Source of the DNA: Lama glama
Taxonomy: Eukaryota
Reading direction: 5' to 3'
NCBI GenBank assembly: GCA_028534125.1
Contig: CM052816.1
Location: 77,192,001-77,256,000 of the forward strand
DNA: 64,000 nucleotides
The notes below the pieces were generated by a model, which was given only the letters and a program-made list of their open reading frames with translations, had not been told where the DNA came from and did no database searches. A program made the position numbers and the translations under genes. Of this stretch, positions 1-12,810 are shown one piece after another. How positions within the stretch are numbered: position 1 is the first letter of the stretch; every line of letters begins with the position of its first letter.

Positions 1-29
1 CCCTTTCTAATGGTATGCTGTTTTCAATT

Positions 30-460
30 TGACGTCTGCTGATGCCACACACCACCAGGGGATGGGTACTGGTTGACTTAAGCCAAGCATACTCCTCTCC
101 CCGCTGGTTTAGGGGAGCTACGGAACTTGAACAGTCCAATCAGGGTAAACCTTGGGACTCTGGCATGCAATCCTGGGATCAGGTTGTTTCTTCTGGTTTT
201 CCTGGCAGAATCAGAGGGTGAAGATGTAAAGACAGGGACTGTTGGAGCCATTTTTGCCACTAAAGTGGAAAGAGCTTACGGCTGAAACTGACAAGAAGAG
301 AAGGGTGCAGCTGAGCGGACCCCTCTCAGAAGTAAGCTGACTCCGAGACTTGCCTTATCTCTGAACTTCGAGTTATAAAAGCGAGTGAATTCCTTTACTG
401 CTTAAGCTAATTTGAACCATTGTTTCTGCTTCTTGCACCAGAGAATTCATAACTGATATA
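30..460 (+). mobile_element. MaLR LTR (MLT1K/L-like), probable 5' LTR
   Basis: MLT1-type 3' end 'ttcctttactgcttaagctaatttgaaccattgtttctgcttcttgcacc...aactgatata' followed directly by a MaLR internal start 'gaatttgatacaggagt'. Confidence 0.65.
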
Positions 461-1856
461 GAATTTGATACAGGAGTTGGGTATGGTAAAATACAAACCT
501 AAAATGTGGACTTTGAGCAGAGGTGATGAGGTGAAGAGCAGTGGCCTGTTGGGACTCAGGCCTGTGCCTACAAGGCACAGCAGGGAGAATGGTTGGAAAG
601 GTCTATTGGGATTACAGTAAGGTCCTACCGTAAAGAAGCAGTCTTAAGACAAAGTGACCCATCTGAAAACAGAGAAGGAAGAAAGTGTGGTTTTGCTAAC
701 AGGGTCCTCTCTGAGTAGGGACTGCAATAAAGATTCCTGGAACCCAGCAGTGTTACAAAGACCAAATACTCTACTCCAAGTTAAGGTTCATACAAGTGAA
801 AACAAGAGGGAAGACTGGGACAAAAGACAAGCCTAGCCCCTCACACCAGTCCTAAATACCGCCTGCTAAACAGTCCCCACCTGACAAAGCAAGCAAGTGC
901 AGCTGTGATGGGACCTGAGGGCAGGGAACAAATCATCCCACTCCAAGTTATTGTCAGAAACTGTCCGGAGGCAGAAGCCAAGATAAAAGTAGCAGCCTTG
1001 GGGGTTGATAATACAACAGAGGCCTGTTGCTAGAAAATGGAAATTTCTAGACTCAAATACAATGACCAGAGACAGGCTCTCTGTCTATGGTGGCTAGCCT
1101 GCGGAAGTGACTAGTCAACTATCTTGATGATAACTTAATTTATAAAGGAGCTGTATTACCAAAGACATCCCAATCCAAGACAACACCGGTCTATGACTGC
1201 TCAAATGCTATGGCAATCCCAGACTCTTTGAAAGACAGAGTCAGAAAGTGGGTCGCTCACAGTATGCAGCCCCTAGAAAGGGAAACTCCTCTAGATATGT
1301 CAGTGAACAAGGAAGAGCCTCAAAGAGAAGAAAACCAGAGGTTGTCAGTTTTAATGACTAAGCTGCTTCTCCACTGTTAAAGCATTATCAAACTGTGATG
1401 CTGAGAAGATGAAAATCCTTAGTACCAGCATTTCCAAGCCAGAGTTCTCAGATTCACCCTGATAAGACTAAGTCATGTTCTCATCCCCAAGTCACATACC
1501 CACCCCAGGGGAATTATGCCTTTTACGTATTATTGGCCAGTGTGTGTCTGTGTTTTCCCAGTCATCTTTTATAATTGTGATTTCCTTAATTGAAGTTATC
1601 CCTATTATTTCTCCACTATTATATATTGGATATATTGGTGATTGGTTAACTTGTTTTAACTAAGCATGAAGAGCTAAACTCACACTAAAAGGGTCAGTTT
1701 TCACATCACACAGACGTCCCATACTTGACACTTTGGTTGTCTATATTTGGGGAAAGAATGAATGTACTTTATGTAGACATGAATAGACAGTTTTTAAAAT
1801 GCTTGTGTAAGAAGATGGGTGTATGTAGGTGTTGTATAGTCGAAGGGACGGACTGT
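461..1856 (+). mobile_element. Decayed MaLR internal region (MLT1-int-like)
   Basis: Begins like MLT-int ('gaatttgatacaggagt...aacctaaaatgtgg') and ends with a purine tract plus 'ggactgt', resembling the int/3' LTR junction; no intact ORF. Confidence 0.5.
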
Positions 1857-1859
1857 CTA

Positions 1860-3290
1860 AAACCAGTTAATGTGTGTCCTGGGATTGAGCAAATAAGGTA
1901 ATATATTATGGAAAATGAGGGTCAGGTTTCTCATAGGCTGGGGAAGGAGTTGTAAATAAGGAAAGGGGGAAGGCTAGAGTGAACATGGCGTTGGATTAGA
2001 ATGGGAGGTTATCAGCATGGACTCATGGTTTTTAATACATAGGTGTGTACAGAAATGTACATAGATCTATGCCTGTGTGTTCACATGTGCATTTCCAGCT
2101 CTATCTGCAGAGAGAGCCTAAGAGCAGTGCGAGTAACAATGAACACACGAATTGTGCAGATCTTGGTTCCCGAACACTGTTCTCCAATAATAGTTACTAT
2201 GGCTCCTTGGAGATATGGCTGATTCTAGGTCTGAGGTAGAGAAAGTATAAGATCAGCAGGAAATGTCTTGTGATGCCAGAAATAAGAAGGTACGAAAAAA
2301 ACAAACCATGGAAACATGTCAAAAGGACACAGGAGCCCGCTTGAAGGAGCTCCCAATGATCAAATATGGGACAATTTGAACAACAAAATAAATGATACTA
2401 GTAATGGATTATAACCCATAGAGTAAAATAAGAATCCAGAAACTATACTGATATAAACAAACAAACAAACAAACAAATAACTGGGAGAGAAGAAAAAGTA
2501 AAGTAGAATTCCAACTAATAAATGTTGAAAGAATAATGAAGTTAGAAAATCACCATTTATCAAACACCACAGTGATAACTGTTTCAGGCAAGATTCATCT
2601 ATAAATGCTAAAATTAGTGGACAAAAGTATGTTGAGAAACAAGTTATTTACCTAATCTCAAAGCATCTCCCCCAAAGCTTCTTATTAATTACAAAGGGGA
2701 AAACAGTAACATTATTATAGAGAAAGATGGCAGGCACCACCTTAATTTAGTGATCAAAGTTTTCATCATTATAATGGCCCAAGTCACCATCATACGTCTT
2801 TGCTTATGATGCACTCAGATGGCTTATAGCATCACTCTGCAGTATTTATTCCAAAAATGTATAACCTGAATTTAAATTATGAGCAAACATCAGGCAAACC
2901 CAAATGGAGGGCCAGTCTACAAAATAACTGACAACAGTCTTCAAAACTGTTAAGATAATGAAAAACTATTCCAGATTAAAAGAAATTAAGGAGCCATAAC
3001 AACAAATACAAAGTGTGATCCTGGATTAGGTCTTGAACCAGAAAAAGGTAACATTCTTACCTTCGGAGACATTTGTACCCTGGTGATATTTGAATAAGTT
3101 GTGTAGATTAGATGATTGTATTGTATTAGAGAAAATTTCTTGATTTTAATCTTGGTGTAGCGGTTATGTTAGAGATTAATTTTTGGAGCGTCTGGGTGAA
3201 GAGTACACAGGAAGTCTTTGTACTATGTTTGTAACATGCTTGCAAGTGAAATTATTTCAAGGTGAAAAGTTTAACATTTTTTAAATTAAA
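1860..3290 (+). mobile_element. Ancient L1 3' region (L1MC3/MC4-like)
   Basis: Characteristic L1MC 3' UTR text ('gggattgagcaaataag', 'ggactcatggtttttaat', 'atcaggcaaacccaaatggaggg', terminal 'aattatttcaag...aaagttt'). Confidence 0.7.
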
Positions 3291-4033
3291 ATTTAAAATA
3301 TGAAAAAAATCCTCAGCCTGTAAAATGATTCCATGGTAACCCCTTCTTTAAAATCTTTCCTGATTAATCAGTGTAATTCCATACTTATGTTTAATTCTAA
3401 TTTAACAGTTTCTGTTATGACTCAGAGGTCTATAGACTGGCAGCCTGTAAGCTAAATTGACCTTCAATCTTTTGTATGTCTGGCTGGCACAAAAGTTTCC
3501 CCATCCTCACAAATTTGATTTGTCACAGCTCCCAACTACTCTTTATTGTCTCAAACATCAGGTTGGCTATTCTCATTTATAGTACCTCTTTTATTTTTAG
3601 TAATTTAAATATTTCTACCCAAATCTTGAAATTTTGTGTAACAAATCAGCAAAATATATTTTCATAGATAACTTGACTTTAGACTGTTCAAATAATCACA
3701 TTCACTGATTAATTGGATCTGAGTAAATGGTCACTTGACTTTTATTACATCATGAAAATAAGTGCTGTTTCATTTTTGACTCAGAAATAACCATTAGTCA
3801 CCAAATTCCCAACACTGCTCTTTTTTTTAACAGAAGAAAACATTTGCCTTTATTCATAGCTCAAACGATCGTCCACGTTATATTCAAGAAGAGTATGAAG
3901 GTAACTGGAGAATCATTCTTCTAGTACATTTCCAAATGCAAATCATAAATATAAATCTCAATGTATTTTGAACATTAGAAATAAGCAGTTGGAAAGTAAA
4001 TGTTTAAAACAGACTATATAAACGTAAACTTTT

Positions 4034-4458
4034 TTTTAATTGAGTTATAGTGGGTTTACGATGCTGCGTCAATTTCTGGCATACAGCACAATTTTTCAGT
4101 CATACCTGAATATACATATATTCATTTTCATATTCTTTTTCCCTGAGAGCTACCACAAGATCTTGTATATATTTCGCTGTGCTATACAGTATAAACTTGT
4201 TTTTCTATTCTCTATATACCTGTCAGTATCTACCAATCTTGAACTCCCAGTCTGTCCCTTCCCATCCACCTCCCCCTGGCAACCACAAGTTTGTATTCTA
4301 TGTCTGTGAGTCTGTTTCAATTTTATATTTAAGTTCATTTGTCTTCTTCTTCTTCTTCTTTTTTTTTTTTAATATTCCACATATGAGTGATATCATATGG
4401 TATTTTTCCTTCTCTTTCTGGCTTACTTCTCTTACAATGACATTCTCCGGGGACATCC
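4034..4458 (-). mobile_element. Young camelid-type L1, 5'-truncated 3' end
   Basis: Poly(T) at left; L1 3' UTR on the minus strand; 18-bp TSD ATATAAAC(G/A)TAAACTTTT at 4016-4033 and 4459-4476; TTTT/AA endonuclease site. Confidence 0.9.
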
Positions 4459-4825
4459 ATATAAACATAAACTTTTAAAACTACTTGCTGTTAAAACTAA
4501 TTTTCTTTCTAAAATATGTCTAGTAAAAATATTAAATGACTTAATGGAATAATTACAAAACATTACTGAATGACACCCTCGTAGAATGAAATGATGGCGT
4601 GATGAGGTGTGTCCTCAGAAAAAAGACCAGGATATCGGCTTCTCCCTAACAGGTTGAGCCCAACACTTTAAATTTAATAGCAGTTTAGAGCAATCGTGAA
4701 ATATATGAAAATGAGGAGGTTCAGAGAGATTCTGCATTTATTACTCATTTCTCAGAAACCTGAGCTTTTCTTGGTTTACAGATTACATCATCTTTTCTAG
4801 AATCTCCTCCACCCCACAGTCTAAC

Positions 4826-4972
4826 CACCTGGGAAGCTTTTAAAATATCGATGCTTAGATGCTGCTCTCGGAGATTCAGATTGAATTTCTGTGCAGTAGG
4901 ACCTAGGCATTCATATATTTTTTTAGGTTTCCTAGATGATTCTAATGTGCAACTTGATTGGAGAATCACTGA
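4826..4972. mobile_element. MER5A-like hAT-Charlie MITE
   Basis: 'cacctgggaagcttttaaaatat...gatgattctaatgtgca...gagaatcactg' matches the recalled MER5A core. Confidence 0.7.
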
Positions 4973-5544
4973 TTTTCCTTGGTTATGTTTGAGGGATTGG
5001 AGCACCCATTGTCCTGGGGACAGGGTATAACAGGAACCTGACAAAGTTCACCCCTTCCAATACCCCTTGATATGTAGGGTGGGTCACTGAGAAGAAATTA
5101 TACATCAAAAATTCCCCAGGGAATTTGTTAAGCCTGCAGATTCCAAGGTCACACCCTCATAGATTCTGATTCAGTGTTTCTACTGCACACTCTACTAATT
5201 CCTGTTAGCTACTTCATGGAAAGAAGACCTACAGTTCTCTCTTGTTCACGGCTTTATTTCTGCATCACTTGTCCTGAACCATCCAGTCCTCCCATCACTT
5301 TGTTTCTTCCTGATCCCACAAACTTCCAAATTTATGGCTATGTTCTTTTCCACCTTCAGCTTTCCCATTGGACTTAACTTCTGGCATTTTCTTCTTCCTG
5401 GCTCCTCATTCACCATAGTATGATCTCCCCTGGTGAACCTGCTTTAGATTGTCTTGGAAAACTGCCCACACTCTAGGTCCATTCTTCCCAGAGATTTCTC
5501 TACTTCAGATTCACCTTCTCCATCTTCCATATGCTGGGCTAGAG

Positions 5545-7170
5545 TAGGACTCACTCACATCTTTGAGACTTCCGTTGGGATGGCTGGGACAGCCTGAGGT
5601 CTCTCTCCATGTGCTCTCTTGTTCTCCAGCAGGTCAGCCTGGGCTTCTTCACAAGGTGGTGGAAGGGCTCTATAGAAGCAACGAGAGAGGGCAAGCTGTA
5701 GTAAGCAGTGTTTCTTCTAGTCTCTGCTTGCATTGCATTTGCTGATGTCCCGTTGGCCAAAATAAGTCCTTTGGCCAAGCCCAAAGTCAGTGTGGAAGGT
5801 GTTACCTGGAGGCATGAATCCCTGGTGCCCATTACTACACAAGTGGACAACAACCTGCCCCTCATTCCAATAATTTATGACCCTTTCATGTGCAAAATAT
5901 ACTCCCTCCCTCCAAGGACACCTACAAGTCTCATTTAACTATAGCATTGGGCTCAGAGTCTAGGATCTTGTGATTTCTATCAAGTTCAAGTGAGGATGAG
6001 GTAGTTCCTTGGCTGTGATGTCTTTGGATCTAAAAACCTGTAAATGAAAGGGACAGGTTATATGCTGTGCACACACTTAACAAACAATGAGAGACAGGGA
6101 CAGGACAATTGCAGTAAATACTTCCATTCCGAAAGGGAACTAAAGGAAGACACACAGTGACAGTGACTCCTGAGAATTCTGGACCCCTACCAGGCACGTG
6201 TCGCCAAGCCCCCCTCGTCTGACAGCTGGACCCAGTTCTCCTCCCTGGCGGCAGTTTCCGCATTCATTGTTCTCCATTATTCTTGGTGCCTCTGTCCAGC
6301 TCTTGGTATTGCCTTCTGTGACATCCCTTTTTCCATAAGAAGTGGGCTGTGTTGGCCCCTGAGTAGCTTTCTGAGCCTGCTTCTTGCTCAAAAAAATATT
6401 GGGGGCCCAAAGTCCATTTTGCAGTTTGTGAAATCTCTGACCCTTTTACTCCAAGCTGGCTATGGTTTTGTCTGTTCATTTGTTTTTAGTTAAGGCTTTA
6501 TTTTATTAGAGCAGTTTTCAATTCATGGTAAAAATGAGGAGGAGGTACAGAGATTTCCCATACATCCTTGCCCCCACACATGCATAGCCCCCTTTATCAA
6601 TATCCCCACCAGAGTGATGCATTTGTTACAGTCAATGAACCTACAATGACACATCACAATCACCCCAAGTCTGTAGTCTACACAGGGTTCACTCATGGCG
6701 TTGTACATTCTGTGGTTTTGGACAAATGTATAGTGATACATACCCATCCTTGTGGCATCATCTAGAGTATTTTCACTGCTCTAAAATCCTGTGCTCTGCC
6801 TACCCATCCCTCCCAAACCCTGGCATCCACTGATCACTTTACTGTCTCCATAGTTTTGCCTTTTCCAGAATATTGCTATGTTTTTTCCTCCCAATACAAC
6901 TGTCTTTAAAATGTTGTCAGTGTTCTATTACTGTCACTTATGTTCACTGCCTGCACCAAACCACATCCACAATTCTTTTTGAGACTGGTGTCTCTCTACT
7001 TTGGACGTGCTTGGCTGCCGTGGAACAAATACTCTTAAGATCCTTAGAAACCCTTTCGTCACCTGAGATGTTTCACTGGAAACCATCTCATAAAACCCAA
7101 AATTCAAGAACAAGTAATTTAAAAAAAAAAAGAACAGAAGGAATCATTTCTATGAGAACAGGAAGGGTAG
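5545..7170 (-). mobile_element. MaLR LTR (MLT1J/I-like, ~5545-5860) plus adjacent internal region
   Basis: Reverse MLT1 text 'tgctgatgtcccgttggccaaa...ggccaagcccaaagtcagtgtgg', then reverse MLT-int 'ccctttcatgtgcaaaatatactccc'; interrupted by L1 at ~6482-6872. Confidence 0.6.
6482..6872 (-). mobile_element. L1MC1/L1MD-like 3' end
   Basis: 'gtacagagatttcccata', 'catttgttacagtcaatgaacctaca', 'gttttgccttttccagaat'. Confidence 0.75.
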
Positions 7171-7834
7171 TGAAATAGAGACCAGGAATTTGCAACAAAC
7201 AGATCTGGGACACTTAGTTCTCCCTGGACCTTGTGTGGATGGGTTAAACCTCATTAAAAGCACAAGATTAGGCAAACAGCCATAATTTGATAGCTGCCTT
7301 CCCAATGTGTATTGAGTTTCCTGAAGCACCTTTTTAAAATTTAACATTGTTTTACATGTATGTTTGCAAGTTATTTCATGATATTTGTCATATATTGTTT
7401 TAAATGGTTCTCCATCAAATTAATGTCATCATTTACCACTCCCCCCTAGTGCCTAATTTAAGCAGTTTTGGTTTTCTGCTATTAAAATAACTCTGCTGTT
7501 ATCATCTAGATAAATTTTTACTTTTGAGTTCATAGATTGATATATTTTCCAATCTTTTAAGAATAATATCCACTGGTTAATAATATAGAAACATACTTGA
7601 GGTAAGTGAGTTAAGTAATTTATAACATTGTCATCAGCCTACCTATTTCCTGGAAGACTTACCATCATTGAGTTTTGTCATTACTCTTTCTTTTTTAGAA
7701 TTTAGCAGACAAAATGGCTTCTCATGGTTTTAATTTCCATTGCTTTAACTTCTAAGTAGAGCAGTATTTTTTCCTTTTGTGAAGTTACCCAGAGTAATTT
7801 ATCTTATGTGAAGTCTGTGCCAGTTATAACGTGT

Positions 7835-8230
7835 AAAATTAACATTAGGTTCAGCTGCAACTGACAAAAAAAGAATAAATCCAAAGGACAAAAAAAAAAA
7901 ATTTTAACAGTGGCTATTTTCTTTCTCACATAAAAGAAGTCTGGGGACAGTCCAGTGCTGCCAGGCACTCCAAGTTGTCAGGGACCTGGGCTCCATAAAT
8001 GTTATTCCTCTATTATCCTCAGTGACAGTGTCTGTGCTCCAGTTGGCAGGAAGGAGATGAGGGGGTGGGGGTGGGATAAGCCACTTCCCTTTAAGGACAT
8101 TTTCCAGAAGGTGTGCACCACTTCTGTTTATATCCCCTTGGCCAGCACTAAGTTTTATGTCCAGAAAAAAAAAAAAAGGGAGGACAGAGAACACATTGAC
8201 AAGCAGTCTCTGCCACACGTGGCCAGTCCC
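7835..8230 (-). mobile_element. MLT1K/L-like LTR
   Basis: 'ttaggttcagctgca...tctcacataaaagaagtctgg...cagggacctgggctcc...tatccccttggccagcact'. Confidence 0.6.
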
Positions 8231-9054
8231 CATCTCCCATTAGGGCTGGGAAAGTAGCAGCAGTGCGAGGAAAAGATGGTGCAATTCAACAGGGGAGAAA
8301 ATCAGAAAAGAGCGTCAAGACCCGGGCCGGCGCAGGAGATGGGTGTGCGGTGGAGGGAAAATCTCGCCTGTGGGAATCAGGGTCTCTCGGATCCTGGACT
8401 CCTTCTGGTGCTTAACCCTTAGCCTTCTCAAATAGACCTTCCATCTCCTCCCCAGATTCTGAACCCTTTCCAAGACCCAGCTCAGATCTCAGCTCCTGCA
8501 GCCTTCTGCTACCCACCCAAGCACCTACTACTTACCTGAACCTAGCTAGACGCTGAGCTAGGTCTTGTTGCGTTTTCATTTCTCCATGTGTAGGTGACCC
8601 AAAGAGACAGCATACTTCTGGAAAGCAGGCACAGTACCTTACATCTTTCAGTGGACATCATCCTTCCATATTCTCTTATTTTAGTTTAGGAATCCCTGCC
8701 AAATATCCTGTTTTGGGGAATCCAGGTTTAAAAAATCCAGTGAATGTAATTTGTTCAAGAAGACATCAAGTGTTAATTTATACCACCAGCTTTCGTGTTC
8801 TAGTCGGTACACAAAAAATGGGCACTAGGATAGGAACATTTGGGACTTAGTAATATGTTTTTGTTTTGTTGTTTGGTCTTGATTTTCACAGATCTGCTTT
8901 ATAGGTAACTCGGAGCTATCAAAGAGTATACTCGTGAAAATTGTTACATGTGGCTCGAAACTGCATTTCAGGGATGCGTTAAGTGAGTGGCAAATGGGAG
9001 GAGGGAGCCTGATAGTCAAGACGTAATACTCTGTTTCATAAAAAAAAGAGTATT

Positions 9055-9690
9055 TGCCCATTTGTTCACAAATATGTATCAAGGGCCTACTACTTACTAG
9101 GCACAACGTCAGATAATGTGGGGTCAGATACTCTGGGGGGTTAAGGATGACTCAGACCGGGATGCAGCTCTCAAGAAACTTTAGCCTGGTAGTTGAGAAA
9201 CACACACTTAAGTGTTAGTATGTAACCTTTTAACTGTTCCTTTAACTGTTGGAGAGTGGAAGAAACCCAATTAACAGAAAGAGGACATTGCTGTGCATTG
9301 ATCAACAGGCAACCTAGTGGCTTAAAGCAGCCCTTGACTTAAAAAGCATGGGGAGTGGGGTAGGGATGAGTGTCAAGGTGGAGCGGACAGTATGAATCCA
9401 GGTAGGATGTCAGGTATTCTGACTGTAGGGGTGGAATTTGCATGGGCCTGAATGGGCTGAAATTTGGGCCTTTGCAGTTGTGTCTGTTGTTAGGTGTTAC
9501 CTGCCATGCTGACTCTTAACGTGTTTTGCCTCTTACCTCAGTATACCCCGGGGTTTCGGAAGGGGTGTAAAGAAAAGAAGATGTGAAAGGCGAGAGAGAG
9601 CCAGATTGTTGAGGATTCCAAATGCCAGGCTAAGAAGCTGAGAGGCAGTGGGGAGCCATGGACAAGTGTGGTCTTGAAATCAGGTGAAAG
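9055..9690 (-). mobile_element. L2 fragments
   Basis: 'catttgttcacaaatatgtatcaagggcctact...ctaggcac' L2 tail and 'atgccaggctaagaag...ggcagtggggagccat'. Confidence 0.55.
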
Positions 9691-11339
9691 AAACACCCAG
9701 CTTCACATTTCCTCTCTATCAGATATTTACTGTGTGAATTTGGCCAACAACTTATTTCTTAGGTGTAATGAGGATAATGATGCTGACATCACACGTGATA
9801 ACACAGTCACGTCGTATTGCCCCACAGAAGTCATTAAACATTTTGTTCAGCATAACACACTGTAATATGGCTAATGAGCCTTACTGAGCAGGCTATAAAC
9901 AACAACTTGATAAAATTATAAATGAATTCATTCTTTTATAGCTACAAAATTATTCAACAGATCACTCATCCAGATCTAACAGCTCCACTTCCAGAAATGT
10001 CTTGACACTTCTTGAGTAGTCATGCTGAGGCTTGAGGAAGGAGGAACCCCTGGGTCTCTGAGTCAAGGACACCGCAGGGGATCCAGGTGCTTGGGAGGCC
10101 CTCTTCTCTGCTTGCCATCCAGGGAGGCCCCTCAGCCTAAAAATACCTGCCTGCCTGGGAGGGAGCTGGGTGGAGGAAGGGAGGAAGCAGTGTGGGAGGC
10201 CTGCGTGATGGGGGGAGTTTGGGAGAGAAGGTGAGAGGATGCCAAGGAAACCTTGTTTAACTAGTGACTTGGCGTAACACTAGACCCTGTCCTTTTTCCT
10301 TTGTTGTGGAAAACAACAAGTGTGAGGCATCTCCCTGCTCCCCTCTTCCCAGACCCTGTTCTACTTGGCTCTGGCCACCTAGAGGAGGCAGGAGCGTGTG
10401 GAAGGGGAGAGGAGGGTGGTGTGAACACCAGTGGGTTCCTGGGTTCTCATACTTAAGCTGCTCCCCTGTCGAGGCATCTCGCATCTTCCAATTCTACGCT
10501 TCTATCCTGATCGTATTCGGGAAACCCCTTCCCTCTTCCTATGCCACTCCCTCCTGGACTTGGAGAGCCTTCTGAGCCAGGGACCCAAGGGTGACTGCTC
10601 AGCAAACAGGTGATATTCGGGAGGCATTTCTGGTTGGCATCTCTGGCATTTGCACCTTATAGTGTCTAGAAACCTTGAGATACTGAAGAGGCCCCGGGAG
10701 GTGGGAAAGAATGCAGAAAGGATGCAGAGGTAAGAAAATACATGTGTCCTCATCTACTTCACCAACCAGAGAAAGCCCTTTAGGGACTGTCTAGCTCTGG
10801 ATTGCAGATGGTATATCTGGACCACCTCAGCTCATCAGCATGCATGTCTTACTGTGTGACAATCAGAAACCAAGATCTGAGGTCCGTGGAAAGGAGAACT
10901 GTGCTTGGCAGATTGAGGGTGGGGAGAGAGGAAAAAGAAAAAAAGGAAATGAGCAACTGGAACTTGGACGAAGATGGCTCTGGCTGAGCTAATGAAGGGG
11001 GGGCTTTAGATCTTTGGCTTGAAGGGAATGGACATTAGGGTGGATGCAGGCAAGGGATGGATGATGGATAGAGGTTCCCCGGAACATCCCACCATTGAGG
11101 GTATACAGAGTCCCATCAAAGGGTACACAGACGTGGGTAATTTTAAGAGAATCAATTTCCAGATCGCTGTTTCCATGTGTTCTTTCCTAAAACCGATTCC
11201 TCTGAGGGCAGATCCCGGATGTCATGCTAGTTCTTATTCCCCATCTCAACCTTTGCAAAGGCCCTGTGGCACTTTTCAAAAGGAAGTTGTACCTGTCACT
11301 GAAGCAGCATCTTACTATGGTGCACCGCCTTGCAGGGGA

Positions 11340-12290
11340 GTCCTCCAGGGCACCAAATAAAGGGTCAACTTGAAATATTGATACATATTTTGCATTGATT
11401 TTAAGTAGAACGAGGTGAAAGATTAAGATTATAGTTTCAAATTACAGTAAATTATGTGGGTTATTTTCTTAAATATTTACTCGAACTCATAGGGGAACAA
11501 TTTCCTTTATTTTGCCAAAAGGCTATTGTGTATTATGAATCTATATTTATTTTTTAATTTGAGTCCAAGTCTCCTGTTTGCTTCAACTTTTCTGCACCTT
11601 TAGTGACCCAGTGGCTTCCCTTCTTTTTCCTGGTAATTTCTACAAAATATTGTCTTATCCTAGCAGTGAGCAGTAGTCATCTGTAATACATAAGTTGATC
11701 TTAAAAAAAAGCTAGCTTTCTTTTTGTTTAATGATTATTTTTAAATTTTATAATTATTTTGTTTCACTCAATTACATACCAATATAATTGCAATGATAAA
11801 TCAATCTGTAGTACTGATTAACATGTAGAGTCTTGTGGTGATAGGGAATTTTAACTTTTTCAATTCTGAATTAATAATAATCATAATGAATAGTCAATCT
11901 AGAAAAAATTTAATATGTAAAACTTTAGTTTATGTACGTATTTGGCTGCTGAGAATTATGATATGGTGAGCAATTAAAGGTGTCCAAGCTTTAAAGTATA
12001 TTATACTTAAATAAAATTCTGTGGGTAACATAGATGGAAATAGGAGTACAAAGAGGAATAATAAATGATGGAAAATTTCTGGCTGTTAAAGAAGAGCTTG
12101 TTCATGTGCTTTTTGAATAGATTGAAGGTAGGTATTTCATACATTTAATTGAGTAATTTAACAATTGTAAAAGTCAGTGTGCCAGAAGTTATATATTTCT
12201 CAATTATTTAAACTTGCAATAAAAATGTTATATGGTAACTTAAAAATGTGTGAGGATATATAATTTTTCCAAGAAAGTTAAGAGCTCCCA
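11340..12290. mobile_element. AT-rich hAT-Charlie-like DNA transposon fossil
   Basis: Segments 'taaagaagagcttgttcatg', 'ttatttaaacttg' and 'aacttaaaaatgtgtgagg' resemble recalled Charlie-family consensus. Confidence 0.45.
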
Positions 12291-12329
12291 GAACAAAGTA
12301 TCTGGTAGATCTCTGCCCTGAGAGGTGGG

Positions 12330-12810
12330 AGACCAATGCAGAAAGAGGCGGCCGGTGTGGGGGGAGGGCGGCGTCCAGCCGTGTTGCCATTTTGCCTGGA
12401 GCTGGGGTGGTGCCCACATCACCCCTGAGCTGTCTCTGCTTTGCTGTCAGGATGTCTTGTCTGGCTCTCCAAGAGGACACGGAGCAGATGGGCCTGAGCT
12501 GGAACACTTCACTCTCCGGCGTGCTTGCGCGGATGCGCACAGGCGTGAGGCCGCACTCTGTCCGCGGGCCTGACTGTAAGTGCGCCCTGCGGTGCACCCT
12601 GTGTTGGTCACAGCCCTGCAAGAGAATGGGGGTGACGCATGCTTGCGGGGAAACTAATTAGACTCCCTGGAATGCTAACACCTGGGTCAAGCCGCCATTT
12701 AAGTGAGAAGATACGGTGTTCAAAGTGATGTACGTGATGGAAGGTGTGGGAGAACGTGGGTTATTCTGTGAGCCTCCGCGGCCTAGAGCCCAAGGTGACG
12801 CTGCGCGCAG
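12330..12810. promoter_or_regulatory. CpG-retaining, promoter/enhancer-like patch
   Basis: About 28 CpG in ~460 bp by hand count; CCAAT 12333; GC-box-like GGGGGAGGGCGG ~12360; YY1-type GCCATTTTG 12386 and GCCGCCATTT 12691; TGACG half-CREs 12633 and 12796. Confidence 0.5.

Noticed and set aside
8530..8630. Minus-strand mini-exon (perfect CAG|GTAAGT donor at ~8530-8538)
   Set aside because: Weak acceptor, no partner exons and no recognisable peptide
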